DNA from: Rebecca billardiae RCC1528
Taxonomy: Eukaryota > Protista > Haptophyta
NCBI GenBank assembly: GCA_965240325.2
Contig: OZ251224.1
Coordinates: 434,001 to 498,000 of the forward strand
Direction: 5' to 3'
Length of the DNA: 64,000 nucleotides
The position numbers were made by a program, and so were the translations under genes. Shown piece after piece: positions 45,223-56,313 of the stretch. The stretch's first letter is position 1. Every line of letters starts with the position of its first letter. The notes under the pieces are model-generated. The model was given only the letters and a program-made list of their open reading frames with translations, made no database searches and was not told the origin of the DNA.

Positions 45223-45463
45223 CGCTGGGTGCAATCACGGCCTTCTGCAAGCTTCGAGTCTCGTCGTCGTGCCAACCGTCTGAACTCGAGCGCGGGCTGC
45301 CGCGGCGCGACCGAGATCGAAGCAGATCTCGTCTGGAGATAGGACACCGCCGTAAGTATCTCCGCCCGCGATTCATAAAGAATACTACCTGTAGTACCAG
45401 TGGACCGGGCAGGATTTGTCGGACGTAATTTTGCTGCCCATCGGTACCTCACGCACGCGTGGG

Positions 45464-46774
45464 ATGTGGTTCGGCTCGGTCGCGGCCGCGACGACGGCCC
45501 TCCTCGCTGTGTGGGCGGCGGTTGCGCAGCATCGGCGGTCGCGCGTGCCTCTCGTGCGCCTCAGCGGCGACAGACGCTCGCAGCGCGCCCTACTCAGGGC
45601 GGCATCGCGACTCGGCGTCTTCCGGATCGATGGCACCCCATTCCTGCCGCTCGAGGATGTCGCCGTGGGCCTGCGGCACGCCAACGAGCTGTTTGCGCTG
45701 GACGACGCGACGAAGCTGTCGTGGAACGTGACGCGCTTCCCCTCCGCGAGCGCTCGGAAGCCAGGGCCTATCGCCCGCGGCTACATTCCCTTCGGCGGCG
45801 AGAGCGGCGTGCAATCTCAATACTTTGAGGTGAAGGAGGGCTTCGCCTACTCTGCGCCCTGCAGCGACGACCGGAGCGGCGCGCCGGCGCTCGAGTTGTG
45901 CAACGCGTGGCCGACAGGTCACGACGAGTTCCACGACGCGTGCCTCGCCGTGCTGCGCGGCGCGCACGCCGCCGCTCGCGCAGTCGTCGAGCAGCTCGCG
46001 CTCGCGCTGCGGCTGGGTGCTTCCGAGCGCGACGAGCTGCTGCGCTCCGTGGACGAGGGCGCGGCCACGTCGATCATGCGGCTGTTCCACTATCGCGACG
46101 TGGGCTACCGCGAAGCGCACGCGCCTGGGCCCGCGGGCACGGCCGCGTGGCGCGGTGCGGCCAGCCGCGCTGCCGGCCTTGGTGGCGATGCGGCCGATGC
46201 CGGCGCCGGCGCCGGCGCCGACTCCGGGCACGTGGACTCGGACGATGCGGAGGGCGGTGCTGGAGCCGGAGTGCGCCGCATCGGCTCGTCGCCGCACACG
46301 GACTGGCACGTGCTCACCGTCATCGCCGAGGACGCGCACGGTGGCTTCGAGTTCCGCGACCGCGCCTCGGGCAGGTGGCGCCCCGCGCGCACACGGCCGG
46401 GCGAGCTGCTCGTGGTGGTGGGCGACTTGCTGCAGCTGGCGAGTGCGCGCCGGCTGCACTCGCCCGTGCACAGGGTGCAGCTCCCTGCGCAGCCGGGCGT
46501 GACGCGCACGTCATTCACGCTCTTCGCGTACCCGCGCTCGTCCGACACGATCGGCGGCTGGATGGAGCTCTTCGAGGAGGCGACGCGTGTGCCGCGCGAG
46601 AGGGCTGCGCAGGCACTCGCCGCGGCCAAGGCGCTCGCGAGCATCGCAGACTTCAACACGCTGCTCGCGCCGCCTGGCGACACGGCTCGGCTGGACGAGC
46701 CAATAGGAGACGTGCTGCTGCGTAAGTGGCGCGGTGTGGCGGCCGAGGCGGCGCAGGCAGCGTCAGCCGCATGA
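45464..46774 (+). CDS. 2-oxoglutarate/Fe(II) oxygenase (IPNS-like) with N-terminal anchor
   Basis: RGYIPFGGE, MRLFHY, HTDWHVLT, VVGDLLQ, SPVHRV, RTS. Confidence 0.92.
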   Translation: MWFGSVAAATTALLAVWAAVAQHRRSRVPLVRLSGDRRSQRALLRAASRLGVFRIDGTPFLPLEDVAVGLRHANELFALDDATKLSWNVTRFPSASARKPGPIARGYIPFGGESGVQSQYFEVKEGFAYSAPCSDDRSGAPALELCNAWPTGHDEFHDACLAVLRGAHAAARAVVEQLALALRLGASERDELLRSVDEGAATSIMRLFHYRDVGYREAHAPGPAGTAAWRGAASRAAGLGGDAADAGAGAGADSGHVDSDDAEGGAGAGVRRIGSSPHTDWHVLTVIAEDAHGGFEFRDRASGRWRPARTRPGELLVVVGDLLQLASARRLHSPVHRVQLPAQPGVTRTSFTLFAYPRSSDTIGGWMELFEEATRVPRERAAQALAAAKALASIADFNTLLAPPGDTARLDEPIGDVLLRKWRGVAAEAAQAASAA

Positions 46775-47440
46775 CGCTCGCTTGTCCCGGTCCGCAGCGG
46801 ACCACGGCATGGCGACACTGGTCACCCGACTCACCCCGGTAGCGCGACCACGTTTGGCGGCGTGCTGCCTGACATATAAATCTCATCGTCATATCACTCA
46901 TCAGTGCTTAGCAGCATGGATATGCGTTCTCACAATCATCGTCCCTCGTCACATCTGCTGCTGCAGCAGCAGCATCATGGTCTGGCGCCGCAGCCCGCAT
47001 CCGGCATCGGCGACGGTGTCAGTCACTGTCACTTAGTGTCAGTAATACTGAACATTACGGAATACGGTCGTGTCACGCTGCGAAGTGACGAGTCATCATC
47101 AATGATTATGATGATGAGTGCGAGGAAGCCCGGAGGTCGGTCGCGCTCGCCATTCAATAATGATCAGCAGTGACGATTAGCTATCTGCTTATTAGCTGAC
47201 TGCATACATGGATGACCACTGCGGTCGGGCGGGCGCGCGCGTCGACGCCAGACGGTGCGTCGGGCTTCCGCTCGGCGATGATGGAGAGATTGATGGGCGA
47301 CTACGACGAGGGGGGGCGGGGGGAGACGACGGCGAGGAGCGCTGATCCGCCTGGTGTTTGTCCCTGCTGCCGAATGCTCGTCGATCTGCTGCTAGTGCTA
47401 TGACAGCTGCTGACTGACTGGCAACGCCTGTCGTTAAATA

Positions 47441-47520
47441 GATCGAGAGAGAGAGATCGAGAGAGAGAGATCGAGAGAGAGAGATCGAGAGAGAGAGATC
47501 GAGAGAGAGAGAGAGAGAGC

Positions 47521-47575
<55 letters not shown>
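47441..47575 (+). repeat. (GA)n microsatellite with periodic GATC interruptions
   Basis: Direct observation. Confidence 0.98.
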
Positions 47576-47577
<2 letters not shown>

Positions 47578-48026
47578 GATGCATATGATGAATGATGAAT
47601 CGTATTCGTATAGCTACCTACTACTTAGCTAGTAGTAGTTGAAACTGACTTCGGTCTACTCGGAATCGGACGAGCCTCATTCAACGGCGGACCCGATTAT
47701 CAGCGCGGATAATGGATATGATCGTCGATCGTCCGTAGACCGTATCGGAGTCGCGGGTCAGTCGTCTGTAGGTAGTTGCTGCTGCTATGACGATAGGTTC
47801 GTCAGTACTAGTACTAGTACTGTCGTAGTAGTAGAGAGTCTCTATACGGTCGTAGTAGTTTATAACCGTCGAGTAACCGCGTCGTATCATCGATATATAT
47901 ATATATATATAGCTATTCAGATGGTCTATCGGGAGACTCGTAAGTTATAGGCGGCATATGTTACAGCTGCATGCAGCATGGACGCATCACTCGGTGCAGC
48001 GCATGATGACTGATGACAGTCAGGAC

Positions 48027-50321
48027 TCAGGCCACGTTGATCAGCCGCGGGTGGCGGTTGATTAGTGTGCCACACAGCGGGCGCGGCGCACCGACCACAG
48101 GCACTTTGTCGTCGAGACCGTCCGTGCCCGCGATGAGCTCGCCGATCCCGGCAAAGAAGAGCCGAGGACCGCCCTCGCCGTTCGCGCTCGGCTGTGCAAA
48201 GAGCTCTTTCGAGCTCGTGTCGCAGCGTACGTGCACGTACACGGAGAAGAAGGGGTAGCGCCGCGCGCGCGGGCCCCGCAGCATCGCGCGCAGCGGCTCT
48301 GTCACGTCGACGTGCTGCGTGGGCGCACCGGGCAGCACGCGGAAGCTGCCGGCGTATATGGCAGTGGCCTCGCCGGTCTGCTTGGTCGGCGAGGCTCCGC
48401 CCATCATGTGCTGCTTCGTGCCCGCGGGGAAGTCGCCTGCGCTGTGGAACATGCCGCGGATGTCGCTGATCGACGACGACTGCAGCGCCAGCCTGATGTG
48501 CACGCGCCGAGTGTACAGCACCGCGCGCGCGCGCGCCCTGAGAGGAAGCTGCACCCACGCGCGCGCGCCGTCGGTCCACGCGACGCGCGCGTTGTCGAGC
48601 ACGCTGAACTGCATCATGAGCATCAGCGAGTCGCGCTTCGATGAGTTGAACGCAAAGGTGCTGTGCAGCGGCGTGAGCAGCGCAGGGGCGCACCTGCTCG
48701 CAGGCAGCTCGCCAGACACGCCGAGGGCGCGCGGGAGGGGCGAGGCGCGCGCCGCGCCGCGCGCGCCGGCAGCAGAGGCGCGGTCGTTGGCGTCGTCGGC
48801 GTCGGCGTCGGCGGCGTCCGCCCCGCCCGAGTCGCTGGCCCCGGCCGTCGCGCCGCCCGCCGCCGCCGCCTCCTCCTCCTCGACCACCTTGGCGTGCGCG
48901 GCCGCCAGCTCGGTCGCGGGCTGCAGGCCCGCGAGGAGGGCGGGCGGCCGGTGCGTGGGCACGCACACGGGCCGGTGCGTCGCGTACTGCTCGGCGAAGC
49001 TCTTGAGAGTCTTGCCGGGCGGGATGCGCAGGAAGAGGTCCTCCTCCGCGCCCAGCTGCCCGCCCGCCCTGGCCACCGCGCAGAACGCCAGCAGGTGCAC
49101 CGTGCGGTTGCCCTCGCCCAGCCCGTGCCGCTCAGCGCGCCGCATCGCGCGCGCGAGCGCAACCGTCGCCTCGCACGCCTCCAGCTCCGCCTCGCCCAGC
49201 TGCGCCGCGGTGGCGCTGCTCACGAGCGTCGCGTACGAGTCGACGTGCGAGGCGGCCTTCAGCGCGAGCACGTCCGAGGCGCGCAGGCTCACGTTCGCCG
49301 CCGCCGCGTGCGCCGCGCCGCTGGCGGAGCCGTTGCGCGCGCCCGGCGCGCCCGCGCTCCCCGCCGCACCCGCTCGCAAGCGCTGCGCGGCGGCGTGCGC
49401 GAGCGACTTGAATTTGGACGTGTTCGTCGCGAGCAGCGCGAGCAGCTGCGAGCGCGGGCTCCCCGGCGCCACCACCAGCGCGCGGCCCCTCGCCGCGCGC
49501 GGGAACGCGCCGCCCGCGTACTCGAGCAGCCTGCGCCACCACACGTGCACCGAGGCGTCGAGCAGCAGGTACGCGTCCTTGCCCACCAGCTGCCGCGCGC
49601 CCACCACGAGCGCGCACGCCAGCCGGCGCTGCAGCTCGAGCTTGAACGGGTGGAGGCTCTCGGTGCGCGAGCAGATGCCCCCCGGGGAGCCGCCCGCCGG
49701 CGGCTCGATGGGCGGCTGCACGAACACGACGCTGCCGGGCGGGAGGCGCGACAGCCACGCGTGCCGCAGCGCAGACTCGGCAAAGCCGTCCGAGCGGCGC
49801 TCGCGGCCGCTGTGGAAGACGATCACGCCGACGGCGAGCTGAGCGGGCGGGTCGGGCGCGGTGACCGTGCTGCTCTGCCCGGGCGGCAGGTCCACACCCG
49901 CGCCCGACGCGGCGACTGCCGACGACTGCATCGTGCCGATGAGCGCTCCGCTGTCACTGGCCCGCGCTGGCTCCGTGCGCGCAACGCCTCTGACATCGTA
50001 CGAGCTGCCGCTCGTGGCGTGCGCGGCAAAGGGCTCAGGCACAGCCGGCATACTCGTGAGCGGTGACGCGTGTGGCTCGGCCACCGGCGTGCGCTGCGGA
50101 CGCTCGGATCCCGCGCCCGCCGTCTCGCCCCAAGCGCCAGCCGGGTCGGCGCGCGGCTCACTCCGTGGGAAGGCGGGTTGCCTGATCCTCGAAAATTCCG
50201 GGCCGATCGGTCGGCGATCAGGCTGCGACGAATGCAGCATGCTCCCCGAGGACCAGAGGCCAACGACGCACGCGAACACGACGAGCGCGAGCACGCGCCC
50301 GGCGCGGCTCGGCGCCGCCAT
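48027..50321 (-). CDS. Type II membrane protein, possibly degenerate glycosyltransferase-like
   Basis: N-terminal TM helix; AYLLLDASVHVWWRRLL loosely resembles the GT31/Fringe region but has no DxD. Confidence 0.6.
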   Translation of the reverse strand: MAAPSRAGRVLALVVFACVVGLWSSGSMLHSSQPDRRPIGPEFSRIRQPAFPRSEPRADPAGAWGETAGAGSERPQRTPVAEPHASPLTSMPAVPEPFAAHATSGSSYDVRGVARTEPARASDSGALIGTMQSSAVAASGAGVDLPPGQSSTVTAPDPPAQLAVGVIVFHSGRERRSDGFAESALRHAWLSRLPPGSVVFVQPPIEPPAGGSPGGICSRTESLHPFKLELQRRLACALVVGARQLVGKDAYLLLDASVHVWWRRLLEYAGGAFPRAARGRALVVAPGSPRSQLLALLATNTSKFKSLAHAAAQRLRAGAAGSAGAPGARNGSASGAAHAAAANVSLRASDVLALKAASHVDSYATLVSSATAAQLGEAELEACEATVALARAMRRAERHGLGEGNRTVHLLAFCAVARAGGQLGAEEDLFLRIPPGKTLKSFAEQYATHRPVCVPTHRPPALLAGLQPATELAAAHAKVVEEEEAAAAGGATAGASDSGGADAADADADDANDRASAAGARGAARASPLPRALGVSGELPASRCAPALLTPLHSTFAFNSSKRDSLMLMMQFSVLDNARVAWTDGARAWVQLPLRARARAVLYTRRVHIRLALQSSSISDIRGMFHSAGDFPAGTKQHMMGGASPTKQTGEATAIYAGSFRVLPGAPTQHVDVTEPLRAMLRGPRARRYPFFSVYVHVRCDTSSKELFAQPSANGEGGPRLFFAGIGELIAGTDGLDDKVPVVGAPRPLCGTLINRHPRLINVA

Positions 50322-50464
50322 CGCGCACCGAACAAGGGGCGTCGCTCGGTGACCCAACGGCGCTTGCGAGTCGCAGGACTTCGCCGGAAGACTCAAGACA
50401 CCGGACGGAAGCGAGGAAAACGCGGCCATCGTCGGTCGTAAAGAGAGGAATCGTCAGCACTAAG

Positions 50465-52213
50465 ATGCGCGTCGCGCGTGCCGCCGCGCTGGCGTGCGCG
50501 CTGCTGCTGGCAGCGTGCGGCGGCGGTGCGCTGACGGTCGCGCCGCCCAGGCGGGGTGGCACGTGCGTCCGCCAGCAGCCGATCGCACGCGCGGCACACC
50601 GCTCGCGCGCGGCCCTCCGCGCGAGCGCGGCGGCGGACGTGCCGCTGCCCGCGCAGCCGATCGGCGCGGCGCCCGCGCGCGACGCTCCGGCGGACACGAT
50701 CGAGTGGGACGCGGCGAGGCGGCGGTGGCGCCGCACGCTGCCGCAAGAGCCGACGAGCGGCCTCCCCTCCAGCCTCACGCGCGTCGTCCTCCGCCCGCTC
50801 GCGCGCCTCTTCCTCATGCGCCGCGAGGCGGTCACCCCCGACTACTACACGTTCACGTTCTGGCGGATGGCGCAGCGGCTGCTCTCGGCGGCGAAGGACG
50901 TGTTCGCGACGCAGGCGCTGCTCGGCGCGCTGGGCGTGCGCTCCGACGGCGCGGTCGGCTCGGTCGCCGCGGGCGCGTGGATCGGCAAGGAGTCCCTCGG
51001 CCGCTTCTCCAAGATTGCTTGGTCGGGCAAGATGAAGGCGACGATGGACGCGGAGGCGAAGCGCGTGCGCGTGCTCACCGCGCTGCTGTACCCGCTTGGG
51101 CAGAGCCTCGAGATCTGCTGCCGCTGGTTCCCGCACGCCTTCCTCCTGCTCGGCACCGCGGGCATCTTCTGCAAGCAGATCGCGCAGATGTCCGCGTCCG
51201 CCACGCGCAACGCGTTCTACCGCTCCTTCTCGGCCGACGGCACCGGCGGCGCGATCGGCGAGATGACGGCGACGGGCGAGGCGCAGGTGAGCCTGGCGAG
51301 CGCGGTGGGCATCGCGATCGGGATCTGCGCCTCCGAGCGCCTCATCCGCGGCCGGCTCTGCGTCTTCCTCCCGCTCTACGCCGCGCTCTGCGCCGCGGAC
51401 GCATTCGCCGTGTACAGCGAGGTGCGCGCGGTCGTGTGCACGCGCCTCAACCACGAGCGCACGGCCATCGTGCTGCGCGCGTGGATGGGCGAGCGGAGGG
51501 TGGCGCCGCCGGCGGAGGTGGCGGCGGCAGAGCGCATCGTGCGCGGCGCCGGCGTGCGCCGCAGCTTCACCGCCGTCGGCCGGCTCGAGCTGCCGCCCGA
51601 CCAGCTCAGCCGCCTCCTCGAGCCGTGGGCGGGCGGCGGCGCGGCGCGCGCGGAGAGCGTCGAGGGGGCGGACGAGGCGTTCGCCGTGCTGCCTGCTTGG
51701 GCCTCGCGAGCACCGCTCGGCGGCGCGAGCAGCGCGCAGCCGTGCCACATCCTCCTGAGCGCGCACGCGCGCCGCCAGCCCTCGCAGATACTGCTCGCGT
51801 GGCTGACGCACGCGCACGCGACCGAGCGGCTGCGCGACGTGGGCGCCGGCGACGTTGAGGGCGCTGTGGTGGCGCTGCGCGCGGCACGCAGCGCGGCGCG
51901 CCACGAGCTGCCCGAGCTCACGCGCGCGCTGGGCCAGGCGGGCTGGCAGACCAACAGCTTCGCTTACTCGCCCATCGGCGCAGACGACGCGGCCGCCTTC
52001 CAGCTCGCGGCGAGCGCGTCTGCGGCAGAGCGCGCTGATGACAGGCACGCGCAGGGCGGCAATGCGCACGCTGCCGGCACGGCGGTGGCGGGGCGCGGCC
52101 ACGACACGCTCGCAGGGCGGCGGGCGCCGTCAGCGGCGGATGACGACGAGATGCGTCGCAGCACGCTGTCCTCGTCGTCGTCGTCAGCCGTTGCTGACGA
52201 TTCATCAGCATGA
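50465..52213 (+). CDS. RUS (DUF647, root UVB sensitive) family protein
   Basis: VTPDYYTFTFWRMAQR, VFATQALLGALGV, WIGKESLGR, ATRNAFYRSF, TRLNHER. Confidence 0.92.
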   Translation: MRVARAAALACALLLAACGGGALTVAPPRRGGTCVRQQPIARAAHRSRAALRASAAADVPLPAQPIGAAPARDAPADTIEWDAARRRWRRTLPQEPTSGLPSSLTRVVLRPLARLFLMRREAVTPDYYTFTFWRMAQRLLSAAKDVFATQALLGALGVRSDGAVGSVAAGAWIGKESLGRFSKIAWSGKMKATMDAEAKRVRVLTALLYPLGQSLEICCRWFPHAFLLLGTAGIFCKQIAQMSASATRNAFYRSFSADGTGGAIGEMTATGEAQVSLASAVGIAIGICASERLIRGRLCVFLPLYAALCAADAFAVYSEVRAVVCTRLNHERTAIVLRAWMGERRVAPPAEVAAAERIVRGAGVRRSFTAVGRLELPPDQLSRLLEPWAGGGAARAESVEGADEAFAVLPAWASRAPLGGASSAQPCHILLSAHARRQPSQILLAWLTHAHATERLRDVGAGDVEGAVVALRAARSAARHELPELTRALGQAGWQTNSFAYSPIGADDAAAFQLAASASAAERADDRHAQGGNAHAAGTAVAGRGHDTLAGRRAPSAADDDEMRRSTLSSSSSSAVADDSSA

Positions 52214-53462
52214 TTGCTGATGCCGAGTCAGAACCGAAGCGGTAACGGTGCGGTAGTACTGACCCGAACCGCCAGTAACCGTCATGCAGTGGCTTGTGCT
52301 AAACTTGTCCCTGTAGTAGTCTGTACTAGCTGTGCGTAGTAGTATTTCAATTAGCAGTCGTCAGATTCGACCGTAGCAGACGCCCCGCATCACGGACTCA
52401 TCAGTCAGACACGTCAGCAGTCCTGATGATGATGATGCTGATGACGACGATCATACTAGCTCTGAGCTGAGCGAGCTCATGACTCATGAGTCATGCGTGC
52501 GTGGCTCACTCTCACTCTCAGCCTCTGGCTCTCTAGTCTCTAATTAAATTAAATTTATTAATTAGTCTAATAACTCACTCAGCGCGCCTGCGCGCGTCAA
52601 ACTAAGCCTGCTTAATTCACGCTAGATCGGACGATGATCACGGCATGCTTCAATAATAATTATAATAACTACTGAGCTATCGCTGCTCCCGGACAAACAG
52701 TCTGTCCGGGTTGTTCTTTCTGCCGCCCAGGAGATCGGTTTCCGGCGCCGGCCTCTGCCGCCTGCTTCGCCAGGCGCTGCGTGCGAGATGGCTCCAGCCA
52801 AGCTCGTCCTGCGTCGCCGGCGGCGGCGGCGGCTCGCACGCGGGTGGCGCGTCGCGTGCACCGACCAACATCTTTCGGCGCACCGCGTCTCGTCGACGGC
52901 GAGCGGCATGCCCACCGCATCTGCTCACTGCTGCCGCTCGCCAAGGCATGAGGACACGTAAATCCCACGACTGAGTAGGAACACACGCAGCCGCGCCTCG
53001 GCATCGACATGCCAGGCGGCGTGCCCACCTTCGGCCAGCAGTTGGCGTCGGCGTTCACGAGGACGGCTAGACATATATATATCTTAAACGGTTCATGTAT
53101 CCGAAGTCACCGGACTGCACACGGTCGGCTGCGCTAACCGCGCCACCGAAAGTTGAATTGGCAGCAGATCGAATCGGCCGAGGCGCGGTCACCGAGTCTG
53201 TGACTCTGCGCGTCGGAGCCCATCAGGCATCACGCGGCCCGGCCCCAGGGCAGCCGGCCGCCGCCTGCTCGGAGTCACCGCCGCGCCCGCAGCGGCGCCG
53301 TCGCCGCGCGCCACTCCGATCCATGATCCAAACCGATGCATGGTACGTACGTAACTTGGCGAGGAAGCACCAGCTGGCCGCGGACTCAGCTGGCTCTGAG
53401 TTGCCACTCCAGTGACCATCCTTGCTGCCGCTGCCCGGCGCCATGTCCGCGAGCAGCGTCGC

Positions 53463-56056
53463 TCAGCATTGGCCGCCTGGCGCAGTTGCCATCGATGACG
53501 ATGACGACGCAGCTGCGGCCTCATGGCTGCTCGCGCGCCGACGGCGAGAGGCGCGTGTCACGAGCAGCGCCGTGGCCGCCGCCGACAGCACCGCGAGCCC
53601 GATCACTGCCGCTGCCATGGCCATCGCCGTCGGCAGTGCCTGCATGGACTGCTCGGCTGACGATGCGGCGGGGCCGCTCACCCAGGACGACGACGGCGTC
53701 CCAACCAACAGCTCGGGGGCATCTTGGAGGTCGCTGTCCCACAGCGAGGAGAGGGCACGGCCCTGCATGCGGGTCTTGATGAGGGACCGTGCGGCGGATG
53801 CGACGATCTGCGCACGCCGCGCGCGTGGCAGGCAACGCGGTGGCCGCCAGCAGGGCTCATCAGTGCGCGCAGAGCTGCTGCGGTGCGGTGCCAGCGGTGC
53901 GCGCCGGAGCGAACGCCATCGCACGCGCACGGCGCGATGGACGCCGGCTTGGCGCTCGCGCCCGCCCCGCCAGGCGCGCAGCGCGCACCACGTAGAAGCA
54001 CAGGGCCCTGCACATTTCCAGCGGCGGCGGCGGGGACGGCGGCGGCGGTGGTGGCGTCGGCGGCGGCGGCGGCGGCGGGGAGGGAGGAGGCGACGGCGGT
54101 GGCTGCGGTGGCGGCGTCGGGGGCGGCGGGGGCGGCGACGGCGGCGGCGGACTCGGGGGAGGCGAAGGCGGCGGCGGCGGCGGAGACGGCGGCGGCGCCG
54201 GCACCAGCGGCGAGGGCGGCGGCGGCTGTGGCGGCGGGCTCGGTGGCGGGCTGGGCGTCGGGCTTGGCGGCGGCGGAGCGGGCGGCTGCAAGGGGGGCGG
54301 CGAGGGGGGCGGGGCCGGCGGCGGCGCGTCTGGGAGCGTCGCCGGGTTCACGTTAGCATAGCCGTGCGTGCCGCCCGGGTGCCACATCTGCGTGTTGCCG
54401 ACAGTCCTGCGAGTGTCGATGGCACCACCCCGCGGCGACGGGGCAGGGCAGGGGCGCCGGCGCAACAAGCGGCAGCGTCAGCGGCGGGCGCAGCGAGCGC
54501 GGCGCGGCGGCGTGTCATCAGGGGCGTGCAGGGAACCGGCCCATCGAGCGAGCGCCACCGCCACCGGCTGCGCGGACATGCTAGTCAGGGCCGTCAGGAG
54601 GGCAACCTCCGTCGGAACGGTGCCCGAGTACGGGCAGTCGCTCAGAGGCCTGCGCAACGAGTTGCGCGCGCAGTGCGGTGCGCACAGGCGGGCGGTTAGT
54701 TAGTAGATAGGCTCGGCTGGGCGTGTGCAGCGGCGCGCGCCCGCGTGGCTGGCGAGCATGTGTGCCCCTCGCCCTCCGCCCTGGCCGCGCGCACATGCTG
54801 GTCGCAGCCGTCATGAAGCCGATCTCCGTCGGAATGGTGCCCGAGAGCTGGGAGTTCCCCGTGATTGCACTGCACAGTGAGTGAGTTGCGCGCGCGCACG
54901 GTGCGCACGAGCGGACTGTCAGGCTCTGCAGGGGGTGCACAGCACTGTGCGTCCGCGTGGCTGGCGCGAATGTCGCGCCACCGCCCCTCGAACTCCGCCC
55001 TGGCCGCGCGTACAAGTTGCCCACAGCCGTCACGAGGCCAATCTCCGTCGGAACGGTGCCCGTGAACGCGGTGAGGTAACACTGCCTGCGTCAAAGCGAG
55101 TGGCGTGCGAAGTAAGTGCAAACAAACACATTGGTGCACACGGGCGGGCGGTCACTGGTCAGGCTCGGCAGGCGCAGGGTGTGCGCAGCACTGCGCGCCC
55201 GCGTGGCTGGCGAGAGTCCATCCTCGCCCTCCGCCGTGGCCGCGCGCACGTGTTAGCAAGAGCCGTCATGAAGCCGATCTCCGTCGGGATGGTGCCGGCG
55301 ATGTTCGGCAGACTAGTAACGCTGCGTGATGGCGAGCGGTGCGCACGCACAGTGCGCAGGCAAGGATGGGCAAGCAACTCAGCAAGCCACGTGCGCGCAC
55401 GCCCCACGCACGCACGTTCCTCTCAGCTGGCCGCCAGCCAGACGACGACCGCACGACCGCATGCGCGCGCGCGCGCTGCGGCGCGCACGCGCTGTCGGGC
55501 TCGTCAGTCGGTGGACCTCCGACACCACTACTGGGGTGGTCATGCATTGGCGCGGGAGCCCATACGAGATGGCAATACTCGTCAGCTGGCCGATTTCGGT
55601 CGGCATGGTGCCAACGATCGGGGCATTCATGAGGAGCCTGCGCGGACAGCGTTCGCCCGGGGCGCACACCTCAGGGCTCAGGCCCCGTGACGACGTGCCG
55701 CTGCACGCCGGCTGGCTGGCTGAGCGCACGCGCGCCGACGCCATGCGCGTACAATTGTGTGAGGGCGAACAGCGTGCCGATTTCGGTTGGGATCGTGCCA
55801 GTACTACCACTCTGCACATGCAGTACGCGCCATGCGCGCCCGCCACGCGCCAGGTTGGCCGCGCCGTCGCAATGGGCGCGGGCGGGGGCGGGCGCGGCGC
55901 GCGACGGGCGACACGCACAGACGCAATCAGGGAGTCGCACGTCGCCGGAGTGTTGATGCAGTTCGTGTACGCGGTGCTGGACTCGAACGAGCTGCTGCCA
56001 GCCGCGCCCGGCGCCAGCACAATCATCACGAGCGCGACACCTCCGGCATGCCGCAT
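53463..56056 (-). CDS. LRR receptor-like protein, 9 exons: 55919-56056, 55753-55811, 55566-55637, 55250-55321, 55014-55085, 54795-54869, 54578-54649, 53989-54406, 53463-53807
   Basis: All junctions are GT-AG and splice into one open frame: signal peptide, 6 GT(I/V/M)PTE(I/V)(G/A) LRRs, Pro-rich stalk, TM helix, short RRRR tail. Confidence 0.88.
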
Positions 56057-56313
56057 GCCGGTCCGCACGGTGGCGGGCGTTCGGGAGGCCGGTGACGACG
56101 CGCACTGGTGCTCGCCGAACGGCGAGGGCAAAAGATGATCACTGCGTGCCCGAAGGCTGCGCGCCCCCGCGCCGGCGGGGTCCGCCGCGGGTGCGCCGCG
56201 CCGCGCGCAAGGGCGCATAGGTAGGAAAATCCACTCTACTTAATTAATAGCGTAAAATACGCGAGTGCCGAGTAACGGAGAGGTGCGTGAGCAATGTGCG
56301 TGATCTCGCACCA

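Noticed and set aside
31516-46774. Sterol biosynthetic cluster of the methyltransferase plus the 2OG oxygenase
   Set aside because: About 13 kb apart with unrelated genes between; no substrate evidence for the oxygenase.
52540-53100. AT-rich palindrome and short Cys-containing ORF
   Set aside because: No second copy in the window and no recognisable motif.
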